Shown here one piece after another: positions 8,815 through 18,054 of a stretch of DNA of 39,427 bases (position 1 is its first letter; every line of letters begins with the position of its first letter). Under the pieces are notes generated by a model that searched no databases, was not told the DNA's origin, and was given only the letters and a program-made list of their open reading frames with translations. The position numbers were made by a program, and so were the translations under genes. The DNA comes from a virus (lineage: Duplodnaviria > Caudoviricetes): the IMG/VR virus record IMGVR_UViG_3300017700_000374, positions 1 to 39,427 of that record; one strand, 5' to 3'.

Positions 8815-8985
8815 ATGCTTACCTTGCCTGAAATCGTTGAGAAACTGCGGGACCGCCGTCCCACTATGGTTGCCGAGGTTTGCGGCGTGCGTGTCGCTAC
8901 CGTCATCGACATTCGTGAGGGACGGACGCGCAATCCGTCCTATGAAACCGTCAAGGCGTTATCCGACTACCTAAAGGGCGAGTGA
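8815..8985 (+). CDS. Small Cro-like HTH regulator (56 aa)
   Basis: Manual translation MLTLPEIVEKLRDRRPTMVAEVCGVRVATVIDIREGRTRNPSYETVKALSDYLKGE; GGAGG RBS. Confidence 0.85.
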   Translation: MLTLPEIVEKLRDRRPTMVAEVCGVRVATVIDIREGRTRNPSYETVKALSDYLKGE

Positions 8986-9644
8986 TGCAGCCAACGCGGG
9001 CAAAGGCGAAGGCCGCAGGCGACACCCGTTATTTCACGGGAAAGCCGTGTAAGAGGGGGCATATATCCCCGCGCCAAGCCGTTAATGGAATGTGCGTGTC
9101 ATGCGGCGCCGAGAATACAGCGCGGTATTATGCCGACGAAGAAAAACGAAAAAAGATGCTGGCCCATGGCAAAAGGTGGAAAGCCGAAAATGCCGAGAAG
9201 CTAGCCGAGCAGCGTAAGGAGCGCTGGCAGGATCCGGAATTCCGACAAAAGTGCGCGGAATATCTGGACAAAAACCGACAAAAATATCTCGAGTATTATT
9301 GGGTCGCCAACATGGCCCCGGAGAAAGTCGCGGCGCGGCGCGCTCAAAGAAGGGCGTCTCCCAACAACAACGCGCAAGCCGCGAACCGGCGCGCGCTAGT
9401 TCGCGGCGCTGAAGGGCGCCACACAAGAGCGGACGTCGACCGGATTTTCAAGCAGCAGGGCGGCAAATGCGCTTGGTGCAAAATCCGCCTCACTGAAAAA
9501 TATCACGTTGATCATATCATGCCACTGTCGAAAGGCGGATCTAACTGGCCCCGCAATCTGCAATGTCTCTGCGAGACGTGCAACGTGCGGAAAAGTGCCA
9601 AGCACCCGATCGACTGGGCTCGCCAAAATGGAAGGCTATTATAA
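8985..9644 (+). CDS. HNH endonuclease (probable homing endonuclease)
   Basis: CAWC...HVDHIMPLSKGGSN...NLQCLCETCNVRK; N-terminal RYFTGKPCKRGH; A-rich relative to neighbours. Confidence 0.9.
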   Translation: MQPTRAKAKAAGDTRYFTGKPCKRGHISPRQAVNGMCVSCGAENTARYYADEEKRKKMLAHGKRWKAENAEKLAEQRKERWQDPEFRQKCAEYLDKNRQKYLEYYWVANMAPEKVAARRAQRRASPNNNAQAANRRALVRGAEGRHTRADVDRIFKQQGGKCAWCKIRLTEKYHVDHIMPLSKGGSNWPRNLQCLCETCNVRKSAKHPIDWARQNGRLL

Positions 9645-11785
9645 TGAAAGGCTACGATTTCGAGGCCATCAAGCAGAACTTCCCGCTTGATGAGGTGATC
9701 GGCCGCACGCTGAAAATCCGCAAAGCCGCGGGCTGGTACGAGGCGCTGTGCCCGTTCCATCACGAAACTACCCCCAGCCTGAAGTTCAAGGAGAACGATG
9801 AAAGCTGGCACTGTTTTGGGTGCGGCGAGCATGGTGACGTGATTGACTTCGTTGCCAAGATGGAGAACGTCACGACACAGGAGGCCATCGCGCGTCTGAC
9901 CGGCGGCAAGGCTATCGAGCTTTCCCCGGAGGACCGCGAACGGCGTCAGGCGTGGCTGCAGGCGGAAGAACTTAAGAACCAGGCGGAACGCGCCGCTGCC
10001 ATAGCCCAGGCTAACCGTCGCTGGGACAAGGCAACACCGATCGATGGCGCCAACGCCTATCTGGACCGCAAGCAGGTAGCCCCTTGGGGCACGCGTGCCG
10101 AGGGCGCTAGCCTACTGGTGCCGATGTGGGATTCCGAGGGCGAATTGGTCAACGTGCAGACCATCCCGGCCAAGGACGGCGAGAAGAAGCTGTTTCAGAA
10201 GGGCTCCCCAACGGTCGGCGCGCGTTTCTACATTGGCATCGGTTTCGGGCGCGTAATTATCTGCGAGGGGTTCGCAACCGGCGCCTCGATATTTGAGGCC
10301 ACCGCCGACAAGGTGGTGATCGCCTTTAGCCAGGGGCAGGTCGCCAACATCGCCAAGGAAATGATGTCGGCTGGCGTGTCGGTCGTCATCGCCGCGGATC
10401 GCAAGGCGCTGGACGCCATGCAGCGGCTTGGAGCCGAGCTGGACGTGCCGGTGATCGCGCCCCCAGTGCTGGAGAAGGGCGACGACTTCAACGACCAGAT
10501 GATAGAGCAGGGTGTGGACGCGGTAGCCGCGACGTTCCGCCAGGGGTTGATCGACTACAACAACCGCCCCGAACCCGCGCCCGAGGCGCCTACGTGTGCC
10601 ATATCCTTTGTCGACGCGATGGACTTCAAGGAGGCAGATATTCCCCTGCGGCCGTGGATCGTGCCTGGGGCCTTGCTGGCGGGTTCGACGCATATCCTTG
10701 CGGCGCCGGGCGGCACGGGAAAGTCGGTGTTCACCCTGCAGCTCGCGCTGATGCTGGCGTCAGGTCGAGAATGGGCAAAATGGAAACCCAAGCGCAAGTG
10801 CCGCGTGCTGGTCATCAACGCCGAGGACGATATTCACGAACAGCGCCGCCGTATGGTGGCCGCGCAAACCGTGATGGGGTTCGGTGCGGAACGCGGGCAG
10901 GTGCTGCTGGCGGACGCCCCCGAGAGCATTCTGATGTCCACCAGCGATCCGGTGAAGAAGTCTTTGATTGCAACGCCGCTTGTCGACCAGCTCGTGCAGG
11001 TCATCAAGCATTACAAGATTGACGTCGTGATCGTGGATCCCTTCGCCGAGACGTTTGACGGTGACGAGAATTCCAACGGTGATACCAAGTGGGCAATGAA
11101 AATCTGGCGCGACAAGATCGCCAGGCCAACGGGCGCCGCGGTCTATCTGGTACATCACACGACCAAGGGTTCCGAGGATAAGGCGGGGTCGGCGGATGTC
11201 ATTCGCGGCGGCGGCGCGATCGTCAATTCGGCGCGACTGGCAGCCACCTTGTTCGTGATGTCGAAGGGGGAAGCGTCCGCGCTGAACGTCAACGAGGATC
11301 AGCGGTTTCGGTACGTTCGCTATGACGATGCCAAGTCCAATAACTCTCTGATCGGCGCCCGTTCATGGTTCGAAAAGATATCCGTTGTTTTGCAGAATGG
11401 CCATGCCGGGGATAGCGACGGCGGTGATGAAGTCGGCGCGCTGAAGCCCTGGCAACCCGAGGGACTTGGTGCGTACGAACCGGCACAGATCATGAAGCTG
11501 CTGGCAGCTATCGAGGATGGCTTTGTGGACGAGGATGGCGTTGCCACTGATTTGCCGTTTGGCCGGTCCAAGGCCGGGGGCTCCAAACGCTGGATTGGGC
11601 ACCTCACTGCCGATGTCATGGGTGTGGAAGAGGACGAGGCACGTAAGCTTCTCGGCATGCTGTTGGAGGGTAAGCTGGTCGTTGAAGAGACCTTCCACAA
11701 CCCCATCAAGGGGCGCGACGAGAAGGGGCTGAAGCCCGATTTCGAGGTCGCAAACAAGGCTCTTGGGCTTTCCCCAATTGGGTAG
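9644..11785 (+). CDS. Primase-helicase (CHC2 zinc finger, TOPRIM, AAA_25/RepA-like helicase)
   Basis: CPFHHETTPS...WHCFGCG; ICEGFATG, AAD, GDDFND; APGGTGKS, NAED, VIVDP, LVHHTTK. Confidence 0.92.
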   Translation: MKGYDFEAIKQNFPLDEVIGRTLKIRKAAGWYEALCPFHHETTPSLKFKENDESWHCFGCGEHGDVIDFVAKMENVTTQEAIARLTGGKAIELSPEDRERRQAWLQAEELKNQAERAAAIAQANRRWDKATPIDGANAYLDRKQVAPWGTRAEGASLLVPMWDSEGELVNVQTIPAKDGEKKLFQKGSPTVGARFYIGIGFGRVIICEGFATGASIFEATADKVVIAFSQGQVANIAKEMMSAGVSVVIAADRKALDAMQRLGAELDVPVIAPPVLEKGDDFNDQMIEQGVDAVAATFRQGLIDYNNRPEPAPEAPTCAISFVDAMDFKEADIPLRPWIVPGALLAGSTHILAAPGGTGKSVFTLQLALMLASGREWAKWKPKRKCRVLVINAEDDIHEQRRRMVAAQTVMGFGAERGQVLLADAPESILMSTSDPVKKSLIATPLVDQLVQVIKHYKIDVVIVDPFAETFDGDENSNGDTKWAMKIWRDKIARPTGAAVYLVHHTTKGSEDKAGSADVIRGGGAIVNSARLAATLFVMSKGEASALNVNEDQRFRYVRYDDAKSNNSLIGARSWFEKISVVLQNGHAGDSDGGDEVGALKPWQPEGLGAYEPAQIMKLLAAIEDGFVDEDGVATDLPFGRSKAGGSKRWIGHLTADVMGVEEDEARKLLGMLLEGKLVVEETFHNPIKGRDEKGLKPDFEVANKALGLSPIG

Positions 11786-11940
11786 AATAATTGGGGATTG
11801 TTTTGGGAAATTGGATTTAACAATGGCGGAAAACCGCCAATCCCCAATTCCCCAAAACACTCCCCCCTAAAGGGGGGGGAGTATGTTTGGGGAGAAAATT
11901 GGGGAGGATGGCTGGTTTTCCAGATGGGGATTGGGGAAGT
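11770..11940. repeat. Putative replication origin: TTGGGGA iteron-like repeats around a central palindrome
   Basis: About 9 exact or near copies of TTGGGGA/TCCCCAA in both orientations; ACTCCCCCC-TAAA-GGGGGGGGAGT and TGGCGG-AAAA-CCGCCA hairpins; directly after the primase-helicase. Confidence 0.7.
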
Positions 11941-11981
11941 CTCATGACCACGCAGCCGGTTATCTCAGGATGCAGCGGGGT

Positions 11982-12027
11982 AGGTAGCGTCATAGCGCTT
12001 GACAGGTAGCGTGGTGGCGCGTATTGG
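11982..12027 (+). promoter_or_regulatory. Promoter for the rightward middle/late operon with a direct repeat
   Basis: TTGACA(11999-12004)-N17-TATTGG; AGGTAGCGT at 11982 and 12004. Confidence 0.55.
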
Positions 12028-12044
12028 GAGGGGGAAGGAGATTG

Positions 12045-12374
12045 ATGATGAGCTTCGGAACACAGATCATGGGGCACCGCGCTAGGCCCTACATCGAAAA
12101 CCTGCGCAACGACGCACGCACGCGCCAGCTCATGGATAGCTGGACGGTGCAGGCAATGATGGAGGTTGAGGCACGTCGCGGGCACCCGGCGGACGAACAC
12201 GACTCCAAGCGTTTCGCTCATGAGGTCGCACAGCGGGCGGTCGCGATTGCCATGAGCTTCGTCCTCGACAACGATGGCGAATACCAGATGGTTTGCCAGG
12301 AGCGGGACGGTATCCTGCAGGCGCACATCGACGCTGCTGGGATGCGGACCACTGTCATGCAGGTGGTGTCATGA
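12045..12374 (+). CDS. Hypothetical protein
   Basis: AAGGAG RBS before ATG 12045/12048. Confidence 0.7.
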   Translation: MMSFGTQIMGHRARPYIENLRNDARTRQLMDSWTVQAMMEVEARRGHPADEHDSKRFAHEVAQRAVAIAMSFVLDNDGEYQMVCQERDGILQAHIDAAGMRTTVMQVVS

Positions 12375-12553
12375 GCCAGACAGTCGCAGAAGCCGCAGCC
12401 GCGTATCGTAAGCGGCGGGGGGAGAAGATGGCGAGGTATGAGGCGGCGCTCAAACGCATTGCCGCGCGCGATCCCGTCGAGGCTATGATTGATCCTCAGT
12501 GGTTCGCAGTCATCGCCCGCAACGCTCTCAACCCGGAGACGAATGATGGTTGA
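12371..12553 (+). CDS. Hypothetical protein (60 aa)
   Basis: ATGA-coupled; YEAALKRIA...IARNAL motif. Confidence 0.65.
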   Translation: MSQTVAEAAAAYRKRRGEKMARYEAALKRIAARDPVEAMIDPQWFAVIARNALNPETNDG

Positions 12554-13118
12554 TGTTCAGTGGGGGCCGGAGATACCGGTTGATGGGAAGCGGCCGGAGT
12601 GGCTGCGGGATGAGGACGAGTTCCAGTGGGCTGATAACCATCACCTAGACTTTTCGTGGTGGCGTGATGACTGCACGACAGGGAGTAGTTTTAATCCTAC
12701 CCAGTGGCACACACTGACTGCCATACGCCTACCCACCTCACACCCCCATTACGCCGCCTCACAGCCCCTCCAGGCATCGAAAGGCGCTTCCGGGTACGAT
12801 GAAGGCCTGATTGAGCGGATGGTGGCCCTGGTTCGCCAATACGGCACGGACGATAACTCCATCCAGCAGCGTGGGGATGGTGAGTACCGTTCTCCATGCG
12901 CTGAAGCCCGCGCGATCGTCGCTGAGATGGAGCCGGCGGTGGATGGGGATCTGGTCGAGGCTCGCGATGTTGCTGCAAGCGTGTACGACACCGCCGGCAA
13001 CACGCTGTCCGCTGAAAATATACGGCTCGGCTTACGCGATGAGGGCATGGATGTTTGCACAGCCCTAGCCGCCATCCGCCGCGGCAGAGAACTCGAACGC
13101 AATGCAGGAGGGAAGTGA
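12543..13118 (+). CDS. Hypothetical two-domain protein
   Basis: GGAG RBS; C-terminal half is paralogous to 13416..13748. Confidence 0.7.
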   Translation: MMVDVQWGPEIPVDGKRPEWLRDEDEFQWADNHHLDFSWWRDDCTTGSSFNPTQWHTLTAIRLPTSHPHYAASQPLQASKGASGYDEGLIERMVALVRQYGTDDNSIQQRGDGEYRSPCAEARAIVAEMEPAVDGDLVEARDVAASVYDTAGNTLSAENIRLGLRDEGMDVCTALAAIRRGRELERNAGGK

Positions 13119-13119
13119 G

Positions 13120-13419
13120 ATGAGCGAGGAGTTTCAAGTCGGCGATGTGGTGGTGTGCGTGGATGCAGACACGCCAGCGCGCCCGGGATATTTCAGCCCA
13201 GACCAGATCCGCAATGGTGACCTCTACCGGTTGAGCGACACGTTCATCGACGAATGGGGCGACTGCATCAAGGTCGCAGGAATCGTGGCCCATACGGTGA
13301 ACGGGGGATTTCTCGCTGCCCGCTTCCGCAAGCTCCCCCGCGCTGATGAAGAGTTCACCCGCCAGATCCGTGCCTGCAAGCCGCAGCGCACCCCTGCCCA
13401 TTCGGGAGCACCCCAATGA
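13120..13419 (+). CDS. Hypothetical protein (SH3/KOW-like FQVGDVVVCVD start)
   Basis: GGAGG RBS; AARFRKL motif. Confidence 0.7.
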   Translation: MSEEFQVGDVVVCVDADTPARPGYFSPDQIRNGDLYRLSDTFIDEWGDCIKVAGIVAHTVNGGFLAARFRKLPRADEEFTRQIRACKPQRTPAHSGAPQ

Positions 13420-13748
13420 CTGAGAACGTATCGCCGGAGATGGTGGAGCGGATGGCTATCGCGATCCGCCGGCATTGCGCGGGCTTCACCAATATCCGCC
13501 AAGGGTATACGGTTGAGGCTGAGTTCCGCGCCATCGCAGCCGAGTTGCCCGCGCCGGTTGATCCGGATCTGGCATTCGCGCGTGAAATCATAGCCGATGC
13601 GGTTGCCTATGGCGCCGGGTCCGCTGCCGATCGCGAACGCAAGCAGGCCTCTGACTTCCGCGATGGGGACTGTGACGCCGGCAATCTCATTGATCGCGTC
13701 GTAAAGGCTCTGCGCGGCCGCACCCTCGCCACCCAAGGAGACCGCTAA
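13416..13748 (+). CDS. Hypothetical protein
   Basis: ATGA-coupled; paralogue of the C-terminus of 12543..13118. Confidence 0.7.
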   Translation: MTENVSPEMVERMAIAIRRHCAGFTNIRQGYTVEAEFRAIAAELPAPVDPDLAFAREIIADAVAYGAGSAADRERKQASDFRDGDCDAGNLIDRVVKALRGRTLATQGDR

Positions 13749-13963
13749 TGTGCAGCGACGGCGACTACGACGCGTATGGGGATCGAAGCCGACTGTGGCA
13801 CGTCTACAGCGCCGATATAGACACGGAGAAGGCATTGATGCCAACTGCAACGCTCATGCGCCTACAGGGCCTTAAATCGCCCCTATCCCGACGCAAACGC
13901 CTATACCGCCGCCTCGGGCAGATGTTCCTGCGGTGGGCTGAGACTGATGGAGGGAAGTGGTGA
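13748..13963 (+). CDS. Hypothetical protein (71 aa)
   Basis: AAGGAG RBS, TAATG coupling. Confidence 0.6.
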   Translation: MCSDGDYDAYGDRSRLWHVYSADIDTEKALMPTATLMRLQGLKSPLSRRKRLYRRLGQMFLRWAETDGGKW

Positions 13964-14100
13964 TGGCGAGGTTTCTAGTGCGCATGTTCCTCGGGCCAAT
14001 CATCCGCCGCGATTACCGTTTGCGCGCGCAGGGCAAGCGGCCCGATCGGTGGCATTGGGCGGACAAGATCGCCGTCAGGTTCGGGAACTTCGAATGCTGA
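13963..14100 (+). CDS. Small basic hypothetical protein (45 aa)
   Basis: Manual translation MARFLVRMFLGPIIRRDYRLRAQGKRPDRWHWADKIAVRFGNFEC; TGATG coupling. Confidence 0.5.
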   Translation: MARFLVRMFLGPIIRRDYRLRAQGKRPDRWHWADKIAVRFGNFEC

Positions 14101-14183
14101 TCTTCCGCTGGTTCTCCCACGGCTTCTGGCACGGTCTCGGGGGTGCCTTGTCTCGGCGGTTGGTTCGGGCTATATTCGGGTGA
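14094..14183 (+). CDS. Very small amphipathic peptide (29 aa)
   Basis: MLIFRWFSHGFWHGLGGALSRRLVRAIFG fills the gap between coupled genes. Confidence 0.4.
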   Translation: MLIFRWFSHGFWHGLGGALSRRLVRAIFG

Positions 14184-14305
14184 TGGAAAAGGCCCAGCAA
14201 ATTGAAGCACTAGAGCGCAAGCTGGCCGCATCCGAGCAAATGGGTGCAGGCTATGCTGATCGCTGCTCCGCCATTCGCATTCAAATCGAGAAGCTGAAGC
14301 AATGA
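14183..14305 (+). CDS. Small coiled-coil protein (40 aa)
   Basis: MEKAQQIEALERKLAASEQMGAGYADRCSAIRIQIEKLKQ; TGATG and ATGA coupling. Confidence 0.55.
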   Translation: MEKAQQIEALERKLAASEQMGAGYADRCSAIRIQIEKLKQ

Positions 14306-14685
14306 CCGCAGGTCGACCAACGGGTTACGATTCCAGCCATTGCGAGGGCGTGATCAAGTTCCTGGCGGATGGGTACTCGCTCGCAGCGTTTGCCGGTTCC
14401 ATCGGAGTTTCGCGTTCCACAGTGTACCGATGGATCGACGAGTACGAAGAATTCCGGGACGCCGTAAAAGTAGGGCAGGCTGGATCGGTGCTTTGGTGGG
14501 AGAAGGCGAACCGCGCTCTCGCCCTTAGCGGACAAGGAAATGCGACCGCGATTGTGTTTGGCTTGAAGAACCGCGCAGCAGATGAATGGCGCGATGTCAA
14601 GACGACGGAGCTTAGCGGCCCTAACGGTGCTCCTGTAACGATTGCTGAGATTCAGCGCGTTATCGTTGATCCGCGCGAGGTTTAG
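14302..14685 (+). CDS. terS: Terminase small subunit
   Basis: AGRPTGY, HTH (VSRSTVYRW), FGLKNR..WRD, ELSGPNGAPV; directly before terL. Confidence 0.88.
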   Translation: MTAGRPTGYDSSHCEGVIKFLADGYSLAAFAGSIGVSRSTVYRWIDEYEEFRDAVKVGQAGSVLWWEKANRALALSGQGNATAIVFGLKNRAADEWRDVKTTELSGPNGAPVTIAEIQRVIVDPREV

Positions 14686-16025
14686 TGACCGGCGTAACGC
14701 TTCAGATCAAGACCCCGCGATGGGCTTTGCCGTTCCTTAAACCCGCACGCTACAAGGCTGCGTATGGCGGTCGGGGTAGCGGCAAGTCTCATTTCTTCGC
14801 TGAATTGCTGGTTGAACGCTGCATGATGGCGAAGACGCGCGCTGTTTGCATTCGCGAGGTGCAGAATAGTTTGCGCGAGTCTGTTCGCCAGTTGATAGTC
14901 GACAAGATCATGGCGTTGGGCTTGTCGGACCACTTCGAAGTCCTAGAGGCAGAGATTCGGGCACCGCACGGCGGTTTGATCATCTTTCGCGGTATGCAAG
15001 CCTACAATGCCGAGACGATTAAATCACTGGAAGGCTATGACATCGCGTTCATTGAGGAGGCTCAGACATTATCCGCCACCTCCCTGCGGATGCTGCGCCC
15101 TACCATTCGAGCGCCTGGCAGTGAAATTTGGGCCGCGTGGAATCCTCGCAACGACACCGACCCGATAGACAATTTCTTCCGTGGCGATGCGCCGCCGTCT
15201 AACTCGGTAATCGAGCGTGTAAACTGGTCCGAAAACCCGTTCTTCCCCGACGAGCTGCGGCAAGAGATGGAAGACGACCGCAAGCGTGATCCTGAGATGG
15301 CAAGCCACGTCTGGGATGGTGGTTATGAGATCGTAACCGAGGGCGCCTATTACGCCGTCTTGCTGGCACAGGCCGAAGCGGAGGAGCGCATCGGCGACTT
15401 CCCCTATGACCCGACGCTCCCGGTCAACACGGCTTGGGACATCGGGGTGGACGACTACACCGCGATATGGTTCTTTCAGGAAAACGGTAAGCAGGTGCGT
15501 TTCATCGACTACTACGAGGCCAGCGGCGAAGGCGTGGAGTCGATCGTACAGCAGGCGTTGCCTGAGCTTGTGCCACCGGATCAGCGCATGTCGGACCGCA
15601 CGTTGGTCTATCGCTATGGCCGGCATTACCTGCCCCATGACGTTCGGGTGCGCGAGTGGGGCGCTGGTCGATCGCGCATCACGACGCTTCAGGAGTTCGG
15701 GGTAAAGCCGATCAATATCGGCGTGGCCAACGGACCACCAGAGCGCATCAACGCCAGCCGCGCGCTGCTGCCCATGTGCTACTTCAACAAAGCCACCACG
15801 AACGTCGGTATCAAACGCCTGCGCGGATACTCACGGCGGTTCAACAAATCCATGGAAACATTCTCAGGTCCACTGCATGACAGCAACAGTCACGGGGCAG
15901 ACGCTTTCGGCGAGGCAGCGCTAAATTGTCGCTTGACGATTGCTCGCAAGCCAGAACTAGCTTTGAACCCCAAAGACCGGTATACACGCGCCAAGCAACC
16001 GGAAGGTGTATCGCCGTGGGGATGA
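14685..16025 (+). CDS. terL: Terminase large subunit (PBSX/Terminase_3 type)
   Basis: YGGRGSGKS Walker A, FIEEA Walker B, WDIGVDDYT and HDSNSHGADAF nuclease motifs. Confidence 0.95.
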   Translation: MTGVTLQIKTPRWALPFLKPARYKAAYGGRGSGKSHFFAELLVERCMMAKTRAVCIREVQNSLRESVRQLIVDKIMALGLSDHFEVLEAEIRAPHGGLIIFRGMQAYNAETIKSLEGYDIAFIEEAQTLSATSLRMLRPTIRAPGSEIWAAWNPRNDTDPIDNFFRGDAPPSNSVIERVNWSENPFFPDELRQEMEDDRKRDPEMASHVWDGGYEIVTEGAYYAVLLAQAEAEERIGDFPYDPTLPVNTAWDIGVDDYTAIWFFQENGKQVRFIDYYEASGEGVESIVQQALPELVPPDQRMSDRTLVYRYGRHYLPHDVRVREWGAGRSRITTLQEFGVKPINIGVANGPPERINASRALLPMCYFNKATTNVGIKRLRGYSRRFNKSMETFSGPLHDSNSHGADAFGEAALNCRLTIARKPELALNPKDRYTRAKQPEGVSPWG

Positions 16026-16032
16026 TTGATCA

Positions 16033-18054
16033 ATGATGAACGGCGCTGAAGCACCGATGCGGTTGCCCCATGCCGTGGTACCGCACGGACAGATGCCGGG
16101 AGACGATGGGCACGCCGTAGTGCCGCCGGGGGATGTTGCCGACGAAGAGTTGCCGCCTCCGAACGTGGAGCAGCTTCGTCGCATGTTCGACGAGTCCCGC
16201 GACAACACCGACCCCGCGCGTACCGAGCAGCAGAAGGACTGCGACTATTACGACGGTCCCGGGCAGGCTAGCCCGGAGGTGCGCGCCACTCTGAAGGCCC
16301 GCGGTCAGCCGCTGGTGATCGACAACCGCATTGCGCCCGCGATCGACGGTATCCTGGGCGTGCTTGAGGCGGGCAAGACCGATCCCCGTGCCTTCCCGCG
16401 CAACCCTGAGGACCAGAAGTCGTCAGAGGTCGCAACCAAGACGCTGCGGTACATCGCCGACACCACCAAATGGTCCGTCAAGAAGATGGACTGTGCAGAG
16501 GACTACCTCAAGCAGGGCATCGCCGCTGCCATCGTCGAGTTTGACGGGCGCGACATCAAGCTTGAACAGATACGGTGGGAGACGTTTTTCTACGATCCCA
16601 AGAGCCGTAAGGCCGACTTCTCGGACGCGAAGTTCCTGGGCATTGCCAAGTGGATGTACGCGGACGAGGTGCAGCTTCTGTATGGCGATCGCTATCAGGC
16701 GTTGGGTGGCGACATCACGTCGGTTGCTGAAGGAACGGCGGTTGATAACACATGGGATGACCGCCCGAACGACTCGCTGCGCTGGGTAGACCGGCGCCGC
16801 AACCGCGCGATGGTGGTGGAGATCTACTACCGCCACGCCAAGGTAGGCTGGATGCGCTGTGTGTTCTGCGCGGCCGGCTGGCTGGAGTATGGCGCATCAC
16901 CTTACAAGAACATGATCACTGGCGAGACGCGCTGCCCGATCGAGGCGCAGTCGTTCAAGGTCGATCGCGAGAACAACCGCTACGGTCCAATCCGTAACAT
17001 GCGGTCGATGCAGGACGAGGTTAATGCGCGTCGTTCGCGTGGCCTGCACCTCGTCAACAACATGCAGATCCAGCAGACCGATCCGATGGCGCCGCCTGTC
17101 GATGCGGACATTGCGCGCAAGGAAGCAGCGCGAGCTGACGGCGTTATTCCCGGCGGTTGGCAGAAGGTGCCGACCAACGACATGGCGTCGGGTAACCTGG
17201 CGATGCTGCAGGAGGCTAAGGACAGCCTTGGGCGTATGGTGCCGGTGGCGTTGGCGCAGGATCTAAGCGAAGGTACCGCGGCATCCGGGCGCGCGCGTCA
17301 GGTGGCACAGCAGGCAGGTCTGACGCAGTTCGGACGCGGGTTCGGGCGATTCGAGGACTTCGAAGAGCGCATCTATCAGCAAATGTGGTTCTGCGCGCAG
17401 CAGTTCTGGACTGCTCCGATGTTCATCCGCGTCACCGATAACCCGCGCGCCCCTGAGTTCCTGCAGATCAACGAGCCGGTCATGGGCATGGTGATGCAGG
17501 AGCAGCCTGTGGTTGATCCAGCGACGGGACAGCCGGCAGTCGATCCGATGACAGGCCAGCCGATGATGCAGCAGGTCCAGGCCATGGGTCAGGTCGACGT
17601 CGAGAAGCGCATCGCCACGATGGACATGGATATCATCATCTCCGCAACGCCCGACACGGTGGCGCTGGAGCAGGAGGTGTACGAGTCCGTCATGGAGCTG
17701 GTGCGTTCGGGCGTGGATCCGTTCTCCCCTGTGTTCCAGATCATGCTGGAGCTGGCTCCGCTGCCCGACAAGACGCGGTTGCTGGAGCGTATCGAGGCGA
17801 TCAAGCAGGAGGTGTCAAGCGCACAACAGGCGACCGCGCAGGCTGAGCAGGCGCAGAAGCAGGCTGACCTTGAAGAGCAGTCGGCTAAGACCGCCGGTCT
17901 GCTGGCATCGGCGCACAAGACGGCTGTGGATGCTGACAACGCACAAGTTCAGCTGTTCGCGTCGGTTGGGTTGAACCCGTTGCTGGCGCTGGCGGATAAT
18001 GAGCCGATGCAGGGGATGCAGGCCGAGCAGCCGCAGATGATGCCGGGGATGTAA
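16033..18054 (+). CDS. Portal protein (P22-like)
   Basis: Position after terL; DYYDG, NRIAPAID, YGPIRNMRSMQDEVNARRS, SGRA; Q-rich helical C-terminal barrel. Confidence 0.9.
   Translation: MMNGAEAPMRLPHAVVPHGQMPGDDGHAVVPPGDVADEELPPPNVEQLRRMFDESRDNTDPARTEQQKDCDYYDGPGQASPEVRATLKARGQPLVIDNRIAPAIDGILGVLEAGKTDPRAFPRNPEDQKSSEVATKTLRYIADTTKWSVKKMDCAEDYLKQGIAAAIVEFDGRDIKLEQIRWETFFYDPKSRKADFSDAKFLGIAKWMYADEVQLLYGDRYQALGGDITSVAEGTAVDNTWDDRPNDSLRWVDRRRNRAMVVEIYYRHAKVGWMRCVFCAAGWLEYGASPYKNMITGETRCPIEAQSFKVDRENNRYGPIRNMRSMQDEVNARRSRGLHLVNNMQIQQTDPMAPPVDADIARKEAARADGVIPGGWQKVPTNDMASGNLAMLQEAKDSLGRMVPVALAQDLSEGTAASGRARQVAQQAGLTQFGRGFGRFEDFEERIYQQMWFCAQQFWTAPMFIRVTDNPRAPEFLQINEPVMGMVMQEQPVVDPATGQPAVDPMTGQPMMQQVQAMGQVDVEKRIATMDMDIIISATPDTVALEQEVYESVMELVRSGVDPFSPVFQIMLELAPLPDKTRLLERIEAIKQEVSSAQQATAQAEQAQKQADLEEQSAKTAGLLASAHKTAVDADNAQVQLFASVGLNPLLALADNEPMQGMQAEQPQMMPGM

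Noticed and set aside
11770-11940. CRISPR array
   Set aside because: Repeats are only 7 bp, in both orientations and irregularly spaced; no cas genes
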